DNA of 64,000 nucleotides from an uncultured virus (IMG/VR IMGVR_UViG_3300042691_055981) (IMGVR_UViG_3300042691_055981), one strand, 5' to 3'. Positions 19,107 through 29,771 are shown, counted from the stretch's first letter. Numbers and translations: made by a program. Notes: generated by a model not told the origin, from the letters alone.

Positions 19107-19366
19107 TATTCACCTGGTGCCGGATGGAAATTGGCTTCCGCCCAAGCAGTAACTGCATCTGTGACAGTCTCATCTGTCCAATCTGTAAAATAAGTATCTC
19201 CGTCAAGAACTGTAACCCAGACTTTCTCGGAAGCAATAGAAACAAAAGCATGAACCCACATTTCGCCGGGATTTTCTACTATTTGAATGATTCTAAATGT
19301 GTTAGCTAAGGTAGCTGGCTGGACTACAATTTCATTATTTAATGTTACAACTGGATATTCAGGCAT
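19106..19366 (-). CDS. Hypothetical (possibly virion-associated) protein
   Basis: 86 aa ORF; AGG at -34. Confidence 0.55.
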   Translation of the reverse strand: MPEYPVVTLNNEIVVQPATLANTFRIIQIVENPGEMWVHAFVSIASEKVWVTVLDGDTYFTDWTDETVTDAVTAWAEANFHPAPGE

Positions 19367-19390
19367 ATTTATTTTTTCCCAAATTAATTA

Positions 19391-20629
19391 CTAGGTGCCT
19401 TCTTTCCAGGAGCTAATGTAATCAATTTGTTCATCTGTTAGGTAATCAATCTCAAGGTTAAGAGAATTTAATTTCAAATCTGCAACGTAAACGTCTACTT
19501 CATGAGGCACCGAGTGCAGTCCGGGCTCAAGATGCACATCGCAAAGGTAAGAAGCACATAGGGCTTGGTTGGCAAAAGACATATCCATTACACATGAAGG
19601 GTGGCCTTCGGCACAAACCAGATTAACCAATCTGCCATCTCCCAAAACATAAATTTTAATAACTGTGTCCCAGCTATTTATGGAGTATTCCATAATATTA
19701 TCTTTCACAAGCTTTGTGCTTTCTGACATTTCTTTAAGGGCTTTAATATTAATTTCTGAATCAAAATGACCAGAATTACATAAAATGGCACCATCTTTCA
19801 TGTTGACGAAATGTTTCGAATCAATAACATTTTTGTTACCAGTGACGGTGACGAAAATATCTCCACTGAAAACAGCCATATCCATAGAATGAACTTCGAA
19901 GCCATCCATGTGAGCCTGTAGTGCCTTAATCGGGTCAACTTCTGTAACAATTACTTTTGCACCCATACCACGAGCTTTTGCGGCCAATCCTCTCCCGCAC
20001 CAGCCATAACCTGCTACAACAATAATTTTACCAGCAAGAAGGATGTTTGTCGCCCGAATAATTCCATCTAAAGTGGATTGCCCCGTTCCATATTGATTAT
20101 CGAACATATGCTTTGTCAAAGCGTCATTAACTGAAATGATTGGATACTTCAGTAATCCATCTTTCTCCATAGCTTTAAGTCTTTGAACGCCGGTGGTGGT
20201 TTCTTCAGTTCCACCAATGACATTCTCTAATAAAGAAGGCTCTTTGGTGTAAAGGTAGTTAACCAAATCACATCCATCATCCATCACCAGATGGGGTTTA
20301 TTACTTAAAACAGCCGCAATATGATTGTAATAAGCTTCAGTGTCATCACCATATTTGGCGTAAACCTTAATATTATCTTCATTGTTAAGTGCTTCAACAA
20401 CATCATCTTGTGTAGATAGGGGATTGGAAGCACAAAGATGTACTTCAGCCCCGCCTGCAGCCAAAGTCTTGATCAGATTGGCTGTCTCTGTGGTTATGTG
20501 CATACAAGCCGCCACAATCTTGTCAGCAAATGGCTGACGCACCTCAAAATCTTGCTTAATGCGTTCGAGAACGGGCATTTCTCTTGCGGCCCATTCGATT
20601 CTATTTTTTCCTTTTTCTGACAATGACAT
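19391..20629 (-). CDS. ahcY: Adenosylhomocysteinase (SAH hydrolase)
   Basis: EMPVL, CMHITTETA, SNPLSTQD, EETTTG, KHMFDNQYGTGQS, GYGWCGRG, GRLVNL...GHP..VMDMSF. Confidence 0.97.
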   Translation of the reverse strand: MSLSEKGKNRIEWAAREMPVLERIKQDFEVRQPFADKIVAACMHITTETANLIKTLAAGGAEVHLCASNPLSTQDDVVEALNNEDNIKVYAKYGDDTEAYYNHIAAVLSNKPHLVMDDGCDLVNYLYTKEPSLLENVIGGTEETTTGVQRLKAMEKDGLLKYPIISVNDALTKHMFDNQYGTGQSTLDGIIRATNILLAGKIIVVAGYGWCGRGLAAKARGMGAKVIVTEVDPIKALQAHMDGFEVHSMDMAVFSGDIFVTVTGNKNVIDSKHFVNMKDGAILCNSGHFDSEINIKALKEMSESTKLVKDNIMEYSINSWDTVIKIYVLGDGRLVNLVCAEGHPSCVMDMSFANQALCASYLCDVHLEPGLHSVPHEVDVYVADLKLNSLNLEIDYLTDEQIDYISSWKEGT

Positions 20630-20633
20630 AATT

Positions 20634-20843
20634 TTACCAAGCGTAATTTTTTCTTAAATCGTCAACAGAGACAATCAGATATTTACCCATGCCATTTGCC
20701 AATCTCACCTTGTATTCGTCTGGAGATTGCTTGGCGATAGAGGAAAAAGACGTGACAAAATCTGTAATAATCCAGTTCTTAGATGTTTTATTGTTCTTAA
20801 CCATAAGCCCCACCCTTAATCCTGAAAATTGTTCTTGCATCAT
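20634..20843 (-). CDS. Small hypothetical protein
   Basis: AAGGAG RBS upstream. Confidence 0.55.
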   Translation of the reverse strand: MMQEQFSGLRVGLMVKNNKTSKNWIITDFVTSFSSIAKQSPDEYKVRLANGMGKYLIVSVDDLRKNYAW

Positions 20844-20899
20844 AATATCTTTCTCCTTTTTTGCCTTTAAGCATAAGTATAAGTATTATACTGAAAAAA

Positions 20900-21820
20900 T
20901 CAGGCGAGCTCTTTAATGGATTGTAAAATAATCTCTTTTCCTTTAAGTTTTGGCTCCCAACCTAGTACATTTTTGATTTTTGAATTGTCAATGTTGTATT
21001 TCAGATCGTGTCCTGGTCTATTTTCCCTATCTGTGATAGAAATATCAGGATATAATTCTCTTAAAATATCAACAATGTCATTTATGGAATAGCTAACGTC
21101 TGAGCAAACATTCCATACAGAATCTGATTCAGCTTCGGTGAGCACTTTAAAAACAGCTTCAGCATGATCTGATGCATGTATGTACTGTCTGATAGCTCTC
21201 CCGTCGCCATAAACTGGAAGTGGAAGATTATTTTGGGCGTTGTGAATGAATTTTGGAAGTAGTTTTTCTTTATTCTGTCTTCCGCCCACTGTATTACATC
21301 CTCTTGTAATTGTGTATTTCACTCCATAAGTGCGTCCATAGGCTGTTGCCAATTGTTCAGAGGCGGCTTTGGTTGCTGAGTATGGTGATGATGAATGGAT
21401 GAGATCAGATTCTGTGGATGGCTTATCTTTGTCAATAACATCACCGTATACTTCATCTGTGGAAATAAGATGAAACCAAACATTTCTCCCTATGAGTTTA
21501 TCGAGCAAATTATAAGTGCCCACCACATTGGAAGACACAAACGAGAAGGGATCTGATACGCTTCTGTCAACATGTGTTTCAGCGGCGAAATGAACAACCG
21601 CATCAACATCATCTGGAATTATTAAGGATGGATCTGAAATATCTATTTCTGAAAAATGATAGAGAGGATGTTTTTTGTCCGGGCCAAATTCAAGCATGCT
21701 TCCCGTTTTAAGGGCATCATAATTTAAGATCGTGATTCCCTTGCTTAAACATAAATCAACGAAATAACTGCCTATGAAGCCAGCTGCACCCGTTGTTAAT
21801 ATTTTTTTAAAATATCTCAT
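20900..21820 (-). CDS. rmlB: dTDP-glucose 4,6-dehydratase
   Basis: TGAAGFIGS, HFAAETHVDRS, ISTDEVYG, PYSATKA, RPGHD..Y. Confidence 0.9.
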   Translation of the reverse strand: MRYFKKILTTGAAGFIGSYFVDLCLSKGITILNYDALKTGSMLEFGPDKKHPLYHFSEIDISDPSLIIPDDVDAVVHFAAETHVDRSVSDPFSFVSSNVVGTYNLLDKLIGRNVWFHLISTDEVYGDVIDKDKPSTESDLIHSSSPYSATKAASEQLATAYGRTYGVKYTITRGCNTVGGRQNKEKLLPKFIHNAQNNLPLPVYGDGRAIRQYIHASDHAEAVFKVLTEAESDSVWNVCSDVSYSINDIVDILRELYPDISITDRENRPGHDLKYNIDNSKIKNVLGWEPKLKGKEIILQSIKELA

Positions 21821-21843
21821 TATCTCAGATTGTACAATTGGAA

Positions 21844-22506
21844 ATGATGAGTAATATTAGTTTTTTTAAACTCTGGCATGAAGATCTAAGCCATGATATG
21901 CAAAGAATCGTTCCTGGGAACTTAAAAATCTTGAATCAATTGAATCATGAAGAAAAACATAACAGAATCTGGGAGTATCTGCAAGAATATCGTATACATT
22001 TTGCAGATTTAGAACTTAAGACAGATTATGTGGGATTTGCTTCTGCGAGCTTTGCTGGAAAATTCGGCATGGAGGCAAACAAAGTGCTGAATTACAGACT
22101 TGAGAATCAAGATTATGTTGGTGTTGATTTAGCACCCACAGTTGCCTCTCAGTCTCAATGGATTCACCAAGCTACAAATTACCATGTTGGAATGGATAGA
22201 TATATATTTGATTATGCCGAAAGAGTGGGGATTGATCAAAGTAAATTTTTGAAACCGATTGTGTATTGTAATTCATTTATATGCTCTACAGAAGTGTATT
22301 TAAGAGCAAGAGAAATTTTCGTCAAGAATGTGTTTGATATTTTTGAGGAAGCTAATTACAATCTTATTTTCACTGATGGGGGCTACGGGCCAATCAGAAA
22401 GGGTGGATGCCTCTCAGAGAGGCTCTGGGGGCTCACATTAAGCCATTGTTCACAATCTTATGCTCCAAGCGTAACTAATATTATGTGGAGAAATATGGTG
22501 CAATGA
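21844..22506 (+). CDS. Hypothetical protein (glycan-island, possible glycosyltransferase fragment)
   Basis: E-Y...YVG, YCNSFI, GCLSERLW resemble DUF4422-type proteins. Confidence 0.5.
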   Translation: MMSNISFFKLWHEDLSHDMQRIVPGNLKILNQLNHEEKHNRIWEYLQEYRIHFADLELKTDYVGFASASFAGKFGMEANKVLNYRLENQDYVGVDLAPTVASQSQWIHQATNYHVGMDRYIFDYAERVGIDQSKFLKPIVYCNSFICSTEVYLRAREIFVKNVFDIFEEANYNLIFTDGGYGPIRKGGCLSERLWGLTLSHCSQSYAPSVTNIMWRNMVQ

Positions 22507-23621
22507 TAAGCCAGGTGGTTATTTTTGCCGGGGGCAAAGGAACACGCTTGGGAATTGATAATGCTAAGTGCTTAGTAGAAGTGGCAGGCGAGCCAATCAT
22601 CAATTACATCATTCGAGAATTTTCAAATCAAAATGTAAACAAATTTCATTTCTGCTTGGGTTTTTATGCAGATGCGGTGATTGATCATTTAAAGTCTTTA
22701 GATATAAATTTCACTTATTCTTTAGATCCAGAGAAAAGCTGTGGAACCTGGAAAGCACTTGAAAATTCTCGTGAATATTTAGATGATGAATTTTTTGTAA
22801 CCTATGGAGATTCTGTAGCATTTTGCGATTTAGAACTTATGTATTGGCAATATGTTGAATCGGAGCAATCATCTATGATGTCTGTATCTAATTACAAATC
22901 AACACAATCTAATGTAGAGATATCCTTGTCTTTAAATCCAAATTGCATTGCCGGAACAAAAAATCCAAACTTCGTAGAACACGGTGTGTCAATTTTCTCA
23001 AAGAAAGAATTAGAAAAAGAACATACAAAAAGGCCATTTAATTTTTCGGATTATTTCATGGATAGGATTCTGGAAAAAATCCATTATGCAAATGCTAATT
23101 ATTATCAAATTAACACTCCGCAAGATCATAAGGATGTAGATAGCATTTTTAAAAATTTCAAAACACAATCTGAATATAATTTCCTAGATCGAGACGGGAC
23201 GATTAACAAATGGGATAGTGATATTTATAACCACATGGATTTTAAGCCAGTGGATGACTTACTTGATAAGCTCAATGATGCAGATTGTGTGATTATTACA
23301 AATCAGCCCGATAAAGCTAAGCAAATTGCCACTTTAAGCAATATCAATAGGATGACTTGGGAAGCGAGACAACATTTAATTGATAATGGCAAAAATGTTA
23401 TTTTTTCAATGTCTTGTATACATAGAGATGTTCAGCAAACAGGTGACTCATTTGATGATTTAAGATTTGCATGCTTGTGTAGAAAGCCAGAAGTTGGAAT
23501 GCTTGAAAAAGCAAGCAATAGAATCTCAATATCAAAAACATCTACATTCTATGGAGATTCAGATTGTGATGAAGAATGTGCAAAAAACTATGGTCTAAAG
23601 TTCATAAAAATGTACAATTAA
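22503..23621 (+). CDS. Fused heptose-1-P nucleotidyltransferase (HddC-like) and heptose-1,7-bisphosphate phosphatase (GmhB-like)
   Basis: IFAGGKGTRL N-domain; FLDRDGTIN, ITNQP, CLCRKP..GM, GDSDCD C-domain. Confidence 0.85.
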   Translation: MISQVVIFAGGKGTRLGIDNAKCLVEVAGEPIINYIIREFSNQNVNKFHFCLGFYADAVIDHLKSLDINFTYSLDPEKSCGTWKALENSREYLDDEFFVTYGDSVAFCDLELMYWQYVESEQSSMMSVSNYKSTQSNVEISLSLNPNCIAGTKNPNFVEHGVSIFSKKELEKEHTKRPFNFSDYFMDRILEKIHYANANYYQINTPQDHKDVDSIFKNFKTQSEYNFLDRDGTINKWDSDIYNHMDFKPVDDLLDKLNDADCVIITNQPDKAKQIATLSNINRMTWEARQHLIDNGKNVIFSMSCIHRDVQQTGDSFDDLRFACLCRKPEVGMLEKASNRISISKTSTFYGDSDCDEECAKNYGLKFIKMYN

Positions 23622-23624
23622 ACC

Positions 23625-24317
23625 ATGAGCAATTTGCCAGAAATCAAACTGTTTTGCGATACGGGTAACCTTGAGGAGCTCAAGAAATTTTCAACCGACG
23701 CAAGATTCACAGGCTTCACCACCAACCCAAGCCTAATCGCTAAAGAAATTGGGGACAAGACTTATATTGAAACAATCAAGGAAATCTTGCAAGTTATCCC
23801 CGAGGCTCCCGTATCTTTCGAAGTGGTTAGCGATGATCACGATGAGATGCTAAATCAGGCACTTTTGCTTTCCAGTCTGGGAGCTAATGTTTACGTTAAA
23901 ATCCCCGTGGTTAATCCCGATGGCTCAAATAATGTAGCCCTGGTTAACGAACTGGTCAGCCAGGATGTTAAGATCAATCTCACTTGTGTTGCAAGCATGA
24001 GTCAGCTAAAAGATTTGAAGGATTCAGAGCTATTAATTATCTCTGTGTTTGCTGGGCGGATTTTTGACACTCTGAAGGATGCTCAGGCTATCTGCTGGGA
24101 TATTAAAAAGTTCTTTCCCAAGGCAGAAATGCTTTGGGCTTCAATGAGAGAGCTTTATAACATTAAGCAAGCTGCAGATTGTGGCTGTGATATCATCACG
24201 GTTCCTACATCTTACATTGCTAAGTTTAATTGGTTCGATTACACTCTCGATGATGTTTCAAGATTGTCGTCTGAGCAATTCTTGGGAGATGCAAAGAAGG
24301 CTGGGCTGAAATTATGA
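23625..24317 (+). CDS. tal: Transaldolase
   Basis: GFTTNPSL, VSFEV, VYVKIP, SVFAGRI, LWAS.RE, DIIT. Confidence 0.9.
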   Translation: MSNLPEIKLFCDTGNLEELKKFSTDARFTGFTTNPSLIAKEIGDKTYIETIKEILQVIPEAPVSFEVVSDDHDEMLNQALLLSSLGANVYVKIPVVNPDGSNNVALVNELVSQDVKINLTCVASMSQLKDLKDSELLIISVFAGRIFDTLKDAQAICWDIKKFFPKAEMLWASMRELYNIKQAADCGCDIITVPTSYIAKFNWFDYTLDDVSRLSSEQFLGDAKKAGLKL

Positions 24318-24862
24318 ACTACAAAGATTACATGAATGCAACTTTTGATTGTATTTCGCAGGTTAGCGAAGAAACAGTTGAAGATTTTGTCTCGGCACTT
24401 CGGTTAGTAAAAGAAAAGGGAGGCAGAGTTTTCTTTCTTGGTGTAGGCGGATCTGCCGCTAACTGTTCACACGCAGTTAATGATTTCAGAAAGATCGGCG
24501 GAATTGATGCTCTTACCCCACTTGATAATGTTGCCGAACTTACAGCTTACATCAATGATGTGAGCTTTGAAGATTGCCTAGTTGGTAGTTTGAAAACAAG
24601 CAAACTAAACGAAAAGGATGCTATTGTTGTCTTTAGTGTTGGGGGAGGATCTGAAACAACATCAAGAAACATCTCTAAGGCAATTGATTATGCAAAAGAT
24701 CAAAATGCAACTGTGCTGGGAATTGTTTCAAGAGATGGCGGATACACAAAGAAGAAAGCAGATGTCTGTATTAATTTTTGCCCCGCAGACGCTTCTATGA
24801 TTACCCCGATTGCAGAGAGTCTGCAGGCTGTATTCTGGCACTATCTGGTGAATAAATTATGA
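24314..24862 (+). CDS. gmhA: Sedoheptulose-7-phosphate isomerase (SIS domain)
   Basis: GVGGSAANCSHAVND, LTAYIND, FSVGGGS, ESLQ.V..H. Confidence 0.85.
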   Translation: MNYKDYMNATFDCISQVSEETVEDFVSALRLVKEKGGRVFFLGVGGSAANCSHAVNDFRKIGGIDALTPLDNVAELTAYINDVSFEDCLVGSLKTSKLNEKDAIVVFSVGGGSETTSRNISKAIDYAKDQNATVLGIVSRDGGYTKKKADVCINFCPADASMITPIAESLQAVFWHYLVNKL

Positions 24863-25440
24863 AAACATATTTGCAAATTGGAACAGCATATGGCAATGAC
24901 TTCTTTTATAATCAAATTAAAGACTTAGACCCGAGCGAGACAAGATTAATCTTGGTAGAACCTATGCAATGGCAAGCTTCTATGGATTTTTATAAAGATA
25001 AACCTTTCAAGAGCGAGGTATTAAAGAACGCAGTAGTCCCAAATGACTATAAAGAAAATTTTGTAGAAATGTACCTGTTCGGTAATGACCTGAATCTGTC
25101 AAGTATTTTGAACAGAAAGGTCATCAGCTCAAGTAATGCTGTATTTTGTCCAGCTATTAAGATTCACGATCTTTTAGATATGGCAGGGGGAGAAATAGAA
25201 TTCCTAAGCATAGACGCAGAGGGACTTGATGTGGAGCTTTTAAATTCCATTGATTATTCGAAGTATGAAATTAACAACATTTTCTTTGAGTATTGGGATT
25301 TTGATGATGATGCAAATGGCAACTATGTTAGCAAATCTAAGTTTGATGAATTGGATAAAAAATTATCTGACAGCGGATTTAATTCAAGAGAGACGATAGA
25401 CACAGATGGTAATTTAAATTACCTTTACAGGAAAGTTTAA
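24859..25440 (+). CDS. FkbM-family methyltransferase
   Basis: LQIG...GND, LVEP, LSIDAEGLD, IFFE. Confidence 0.8.
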   Translation: MKTYLQIGTAYGNDFFYNQIKDLDPSETRLILVEPMQWQASMDFYKDKPFKSEVLKNAVVPNDYKENFVEMYLFGNDLNLSSILNRKVISSSNAVFCPAIKIHDLLDMAGGEIEFLSIDAEGLDVELLNSIDYSKYEINNIFFEYWDFDDDANGNYVSKSKFDELDKKLSDSGFNSRETIDTDGNLNYLYRKV

Positions 25441-25443
25441 TTC

Positions 25444-26394
25444 ATGAAAATAGCAATCACGGGTGTGGCTGGCTTTGTTGGATCGAATCTTGCAGATTTG
25501 CTCCTGTCCAATAATCATGAAGTGGTTGGAGTTGATAATTTCTCTACGGGTTATAAGAATCACATCTTGCAGCACAAAGAGAATAAAAACTTTTCATTTC
25601 ATAAATTAGACCTGAGTGCAGATTTTGATAAAAACATCTTTTCAGACTGTGATTGCATTGTTCATCTTGCTGCGTTAGCTGACATAAGGTATAATAAGAA
25701 TAATTTCAAAGAATGTTTAAATAAAAATGTTCTGGCAACAAATAATGTTATTGAAGCTTGTGTGGACAACAATGTAAAGAAATTGCTTTTTGCGTCAACG
25801 TGTTCAGTTTACGGAGATGTTCTGACATTCCCGACAAAAGAATCAGAGGTGAACAATCAAACTTCAGTTTACAGCTCCACCAAGATTGCAAGCGAAATGC
25901 TACTAGAAGGATTTGCAAACACATTTGGTTTCCAAGCCTACACAATGAGATTCGTATCTATGCTTGGGCAGAGATACTCACATGGTCATGTTTTTGATTT
26001 CACTAAGAAAATACTCAATAATGAAACCCTTAACGTCCTTGGAAGTGGCGATGGTATTAAATCGTACTTGCACATAAAAGACGCCGTTAGAGCTATTGAT
26101 GTTTTGATTAATCATAACTCGGTGAACAAATTTGAAGCCTATAACATTGGGCACTCTAGCACTATTAAGCTAAAATACTCGGTTGAGACAATCACCGAAT
26201 ATTTAAATTACACTGGCGAAATTAAATTCGGAGAAGGTGCCTCAGGATGGGTAGGTGATGTCCCTGTAATATCCCCATCTGTTGAAAAAATGAAACAGTT
26301 AGGATGGGAGCCTAAATTCTCCATCAAGAAAGGAATAACTGATACTATTGACTACCTGGTTGATAATCAGTGGTTATTAAACCCCAATAGCTGA
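25444..26394 (+). CDS. NAD-dependent nucleotide-sugar epimerase/dehydratase
   Basis: TGVAGFVGS, HLAA, YSSTK, GWVGD. Confidence 0.9.
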   Translation: MKIAITGVAGFVGSNLADLLLSNNHEVVGVDNFSTGYKNHILQHKENKNFSFHKLDLSADFDKNIFSDCDCIVHLAALADIRYNKNNFKECLNKNVLATNNVIEACVDNNVKKLLFASTCSVYGDVLTFPTKESEVNNQTSVYSSTKIASEMLLEGFANTFGFQAYTMRFVSMLGQRYSHGHVFDFTKKILNNETLNVLGSGDGIKSYLHIKDAVRAIDVLINHNSVNKFEAYNIGHSSTIKLKYSVETITEYLNYTGEIKFGEGASGWVGDVPVISPSVEKMKQLGWEPKFSIKKGITDTIDYLVDNQWLLNPNS

Positions 26395-27528
26395 GTTGAT
26401 TTTTTCAACCATGAATCCAAGCTCGCCTTGAGATAGATCGGGGTTATTAGGAATGTACATTCCTTGCTCATCTATTAAAGAGACATTTGGAAGATTGAGT
26501 TCTCCAAATTGATTTTTATAAAAAGGCTGAAGACCCATTGAACCACATATTAATGGACGACACTCAATCTTGCTCTCCATCAAGCTTTTAATAATATCAT
26601 CTCTATGTTCAGAAATAATAGGATAACAGAAATTAGAAACAAATTTAGATGAACTATCCTCTGGCTTCCAATCAAGCTTCAAGCTGTTTTTGAGAAAATT
26701 ATAATTCTTGTTTCTTTTTGAAATTATATCACCAGCTTTATCAAGTTGCCTAATCCCAATAGTGGCCTGAAGATCCGTTCCTCTTACATTAAAGCCTGGG
26801 TAATAAAAAGTGTAAGACGCGGAGAAATCATCAATTTGATATTTTTCTCGCAAAGTTTTTTGCTTCTCAGGCGAAAGTTCTCTATCCCAGCCATGGGCAC
26901 GAATCATTTTGAGGACATCATTCAACTCTTCGTTGTCTGTACAGATCATTCCACCCTCAATAGTTGAAAGGTGATGTCCGTAAAATAGGCTAAAAACAGA
27001 AACATCCCCAAAAGAACCTAGTTTTTTACCATTAAATTCAGAACCGAAAGACTCACATACATCCTCAAGCAAAATGAAATTATATTTCTCTTTGAGCTCC
27101 ATAATCTTATCCATCTGAGGGACAAGACCCAAAACCGAAACTAAACAAACAACACAATCTGGATTAGACTTAAGAAGCAACTCTAAATGATTCAGATCCA
27201 AAGATAAATCATCCAAATTGCAGTCGCATAAAATTGGGGTAAGTCCAAATTGAATCACAGGGGCTAAATCAGTGGCCCATGAAAGAGCTGGGATGATTAT
27301 ATTCCTCCTACCTGTAGTGAGGTAAATCGCGTAATAAGCAAGCAATAAAGCAGATGATCCACTGTTCACAAATGTAGAAAACTTACAGCCGAGAAAATTC
27401 GACCATTTTGATTCAAATTCCTTAACTTTAGGGCCTTGTGTTAATTGAGGATAACTGCTTAGCCAAGTTATCAATTCATCAATTTCAAAATTTTCAATAG
27501 TGTTCTTTACTAGCTTTATACCATTCAT
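26377..27528 (-). CDS. ColD-like GDP-4-keto-6-deoxymannose 3-dehydratase (PLP-dependent, DegT fold)
   Basis: FVNSGSSA, LEDVCES, FSLFYGHHLSTIEGG with His where aminotransferases have Lys; adjacent to an Fcl/ColC-type reductase. Start moved to MNGIKL. Confidence 0.75.
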   Translation of the reverse strand: MNGIKLVKNTIENFEIDELITWLSSYPQLTQGPKVKEFESKWSNFLGCKFSTFVNSGSSALLLAYYAIYLTTGRRNIIIPALSWATDLAPVIQFGLTPILCDCNLDDLSLDLNHLELLLKSNPDCVVCLVSVLGLVPQMDKIMELKEKYNFILLEDVCESFGSEFNGKKLGSFGDVSVFSLFYGHHLSTIEGGMICTDNEELNDVLKMIRAHGWDRELSPEKQKTLREKYQIDDFSASYTFYYPGFNVRGTDLQATIGIRQLDKAGDIISKRNKNYNFLKNSLKLDWKPEDSSSKFVSNFCYPIISEHRDDIIKSLMESKIECRPLICGSMGLQPFYKNQFGELNLPNVSLIDEQGMYIPNNPDLSQGELGFMVEKINSAIGV

Positions 27529-28405
27529 ATGTTTCTTTAATTCCTTGTTCAAACCCAGTGAATGAAAAATTATATTTCTCAATTAATTTTTCACTACACA
27601 CATCTTTCCTAAATTGCCCGTCGGGGAAATTAGGGTTTAAAGCGATAGTATGATGCAGATTATTTGATTTAATTGCCTCTTGTGCAATTTGATAAATTGA
27701 CATGTTTTCCGGCGACGCACAGTTCAAAACAGAATCATCATTATGTGCTGTCATTAAACTTATAGCCCTAGCAACATCCTGAACGTAAGTAAACTGCCTC
27801 ATGGGCTTACCGGAGCCGCCTACAGTGACACAATCTGGATTAAGAATCAAGTTGTATATCAGATTGGTTACATAATGTGCTGAGGGTGAGCCATAGTGCC
27901 TATCATGTGGGCCATATAGATTAGAAGGAATAATAACACCATATTTTTTATTATGCTCCTGGTTGGCAAAATTTGTGGCAAAAATTATATTTCTCTTAGC
28001 TATGCCATATCCCAAGTTGCCCACGCTCGGAGTACCTTCAAACACTTGCTCTTCGGTCATAGGATAAGATGTTGCAACATCTGGATAAGCACAGGTGCTT
28101 GAGCAAGATAACAAATAATCTACATTGCAATTTAGACAAGCCGCCAAAACATTCATTGACATTTTTTGATTATCAGTGAAATATTCGTATGGATGTTCGA
28201 TGTTTGATAACAAACCAGCGGTCTTGCCTGAAATATTAATAACTTTGTCTGGTTTTATATGATTTAAATAATCATATACCACATCTTCGTTGAGCAAGTC
28301 CACTTCGAAAGATCGCGGAGAATATAATTCGTATTCAACTATATAAGGTGCCAGAGCTTTTCCCAGCATCCCACCACCGCCAAATACAACTAATTTTTCC
28401 TTCAT
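27494..28405 (-). CDS. GDP-L-fucose synthase / ColC-type epimerase-reductase
   Basis: GGGGMLG, SSTCAYP, GYGIAKR, IPSNLYGPHD, GSGKPMRQF, PDGQFRK. Confidence 0.9.
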   Translation of the reverse strand: MKEKLVVFGGGGMLGKALAPYIVEYELYSPRSFEVDLLNEDVVYDYLNHIKPDKVINISGKTAGLLSNIEHPYEYFTDNQKMSMNVLAACLNCNVDYLLSCSSTCAYPDVATSYPMTEEQVFEGTPSVGNLGYGIAKRNIIFATNFANQEHNKKYGVIIPSNLYGPHDRHYGSPSAHYVTNLIYNLILNPDCVTVGGSGKPMRQFTYVQDVARAISLMTAHNDDSVLNCASPENMSIYQIAQEAIKSNNLHHTIALNPNFPDGQFRKDVCSEKLIEKYNFSFTGFEQGIKETYEWYKASKEHY

Positions 28406-28980
28406 TTCAGGCCTTCTTTAAAGCTTTCCCAATCCAGAATATTAAGGAATTCATTTCTGTGCCGCACATAATTTTCCCAAGTCTCTTCGATATCCAAAGT
28501 AAATCTTGGAAGGGTTTTGTTTTTCCTAATAATGGTTAGCCCAAAATCAGAATCCAAAGTCTGAACATAGATATTAGTTTTAGATCTCAATCTTAAAATT
28601 GATTTCCAAACATCTCCACACCATCCAGCTTGCTCCCTGGGGACAATCTGCATACCCTCTTCATGTGGACAAGTGTCATGGCATAAAATGAAACCATTAT
28701 CGGAAATAAACTTTAAAGAGTTCTCAATATCTCTGTCTACCTGATTTGAGTGATGATCTCCGTCAATGAAGATAAAATCAAAAGTATGATTTAGTTGGTA
28801 AAAAAATGTATCAGAAGACACCATCTGCATGGCATATGGGTTGCGTGTGATATCAATCGAGTATTTAAATGGTGCCTTGATATTTTTCCAATTTCCAGCA
28901 TCACCCTCAATCCCAATCTCAAGATATTTCTCAAGATTGTGATTAGAGATAATGTGATTAATAACTGTAGGTCGATCCAT
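28402..28980 (-). CDS. Class I SAM-dependent methyltransferase (Methyltransf_24-like)
   Basis: YLEIG, FDFIFIDGDH, GFILCHD, WCGDVWK. Confidence 0.85.
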   Translation of the reverse strand: MDRPTVINHIISNHNLEKYLEIGIEGDAGNWKNIKAPFKYSIDITRNPYAMQMVSSDTFFYQLNHTFDFIFIDGDHHSNQVDRDIENSLKFISDNGFILCHDTCPHEEGMQIVPREQAGWCGDVWKSILRLRSKTNIYVQTLDSDFGLTIIRKNKTLPRFTLDIEETWENYVRHRNEFLNILDWESFKEGLK

Positions 28981-28987
28981 TTCTTAA

Positions 28988-29755
28988 TTATACAAGTTGG
29001 AGGTCTTTATATTTCTGCGGAATTAACTCCAAATTCAACTTTTCATTTTCATTTAACCAGTCATACCAAAGCTCATCATCGTTCATCCACACATGCCCGC
29101 CTTCGCCGTGTTTGTTGAAGGCGGGGTGCTTGTTTTCGGTTTGAGTTTTGATGAAGAATCGGCAATTACAAAGATTGAAATCAAATTTTTGCAAGTGTAT
29201 ATTAACTAGATCAGGATCTGGTGCAACATCTGGTCTGCAAACATGAAACCCGGTGCCATAGTATTCCATTGGTTTTCTGATGATTACCAATTTATCTTCA
29301 GGGCCGGGATCTTTAAACCAATACTTTCGTTGCTCCAGGATAGTAAGTGTTGGGTCGTAGAAAGACTCAGAATTTAAATCCTGTCTAACATTCCAGCCGG
29401 AAACCTTGATGTAATCTTGAGTGTTTCGGTACAAATAATCATTCAAGTTAAGGTACTTTTCAGGATCTGGAATGAAAAATTGATCTGCTTCAGCAAAGAT
29501 AACAACATCATACTTAGACAGTAATTCTTTTTGAACCTGAAGAATAAGCTGGGTATGCTCTGAGTGGTTCGCATACAAAGGTGGAGAGTAATTCAAGAAG
29601 TTCACACCCTTATTAAACAATCTGAAGGTTTCATCTTTCTCAAGATCCCCGATTACATAAAGATTTTCTAACCCAAATAACTTGCCGTAATAATTCTGCC
29701 ACCTAGGGATGAAAAAAAATTCTCGATGAAATAAACCAATAACCGCTACTCGCAT
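28988..29755 (-). CDS. GT-A glycosyltransferase-like protein (paralog of 35103-35879)
   Basis: W..YY...FG.ENLY, YDVVIFAEADQF, GFH, LVNIHL; start from the bidirectional -10 site. Confidence 0.7.
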   Translation of the reverse strand: MRVAVIGLFHREFFFIPRWQNYYGKLFGLENLYVIGDLEKDETFRLFNKGVNFLNYSPPLYANHSEHTQLILQVQKELLSKYDVVIFAEADQFFIPDPEKYLNLNDYLYRNTQDYIKVSGWNVRQDLNSESFYDPTLTILEQRKYWFKDPGPEDKLVIIRKPMEYYGTGFHVCRPDVAPDPDLVNIHLQKFDFNLCNCRFFIKTQTENKHPAFNKHGEGGHVWMNDDELWYDWLNENEKLNLELIPQKYKDLQLV

Positions 29756-29761
29756 ATTCCA

Positions 29762-29771
29762 ATTGTACAAT
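29762..29771. promoter_or_regulatory. Bidirectional -10 palindrome ATTGTACAAT
   Basis: CAT-N6-ATTGTACAAT-N6-ATG: symmetric, both starts at +6. Confidence 0.8.
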
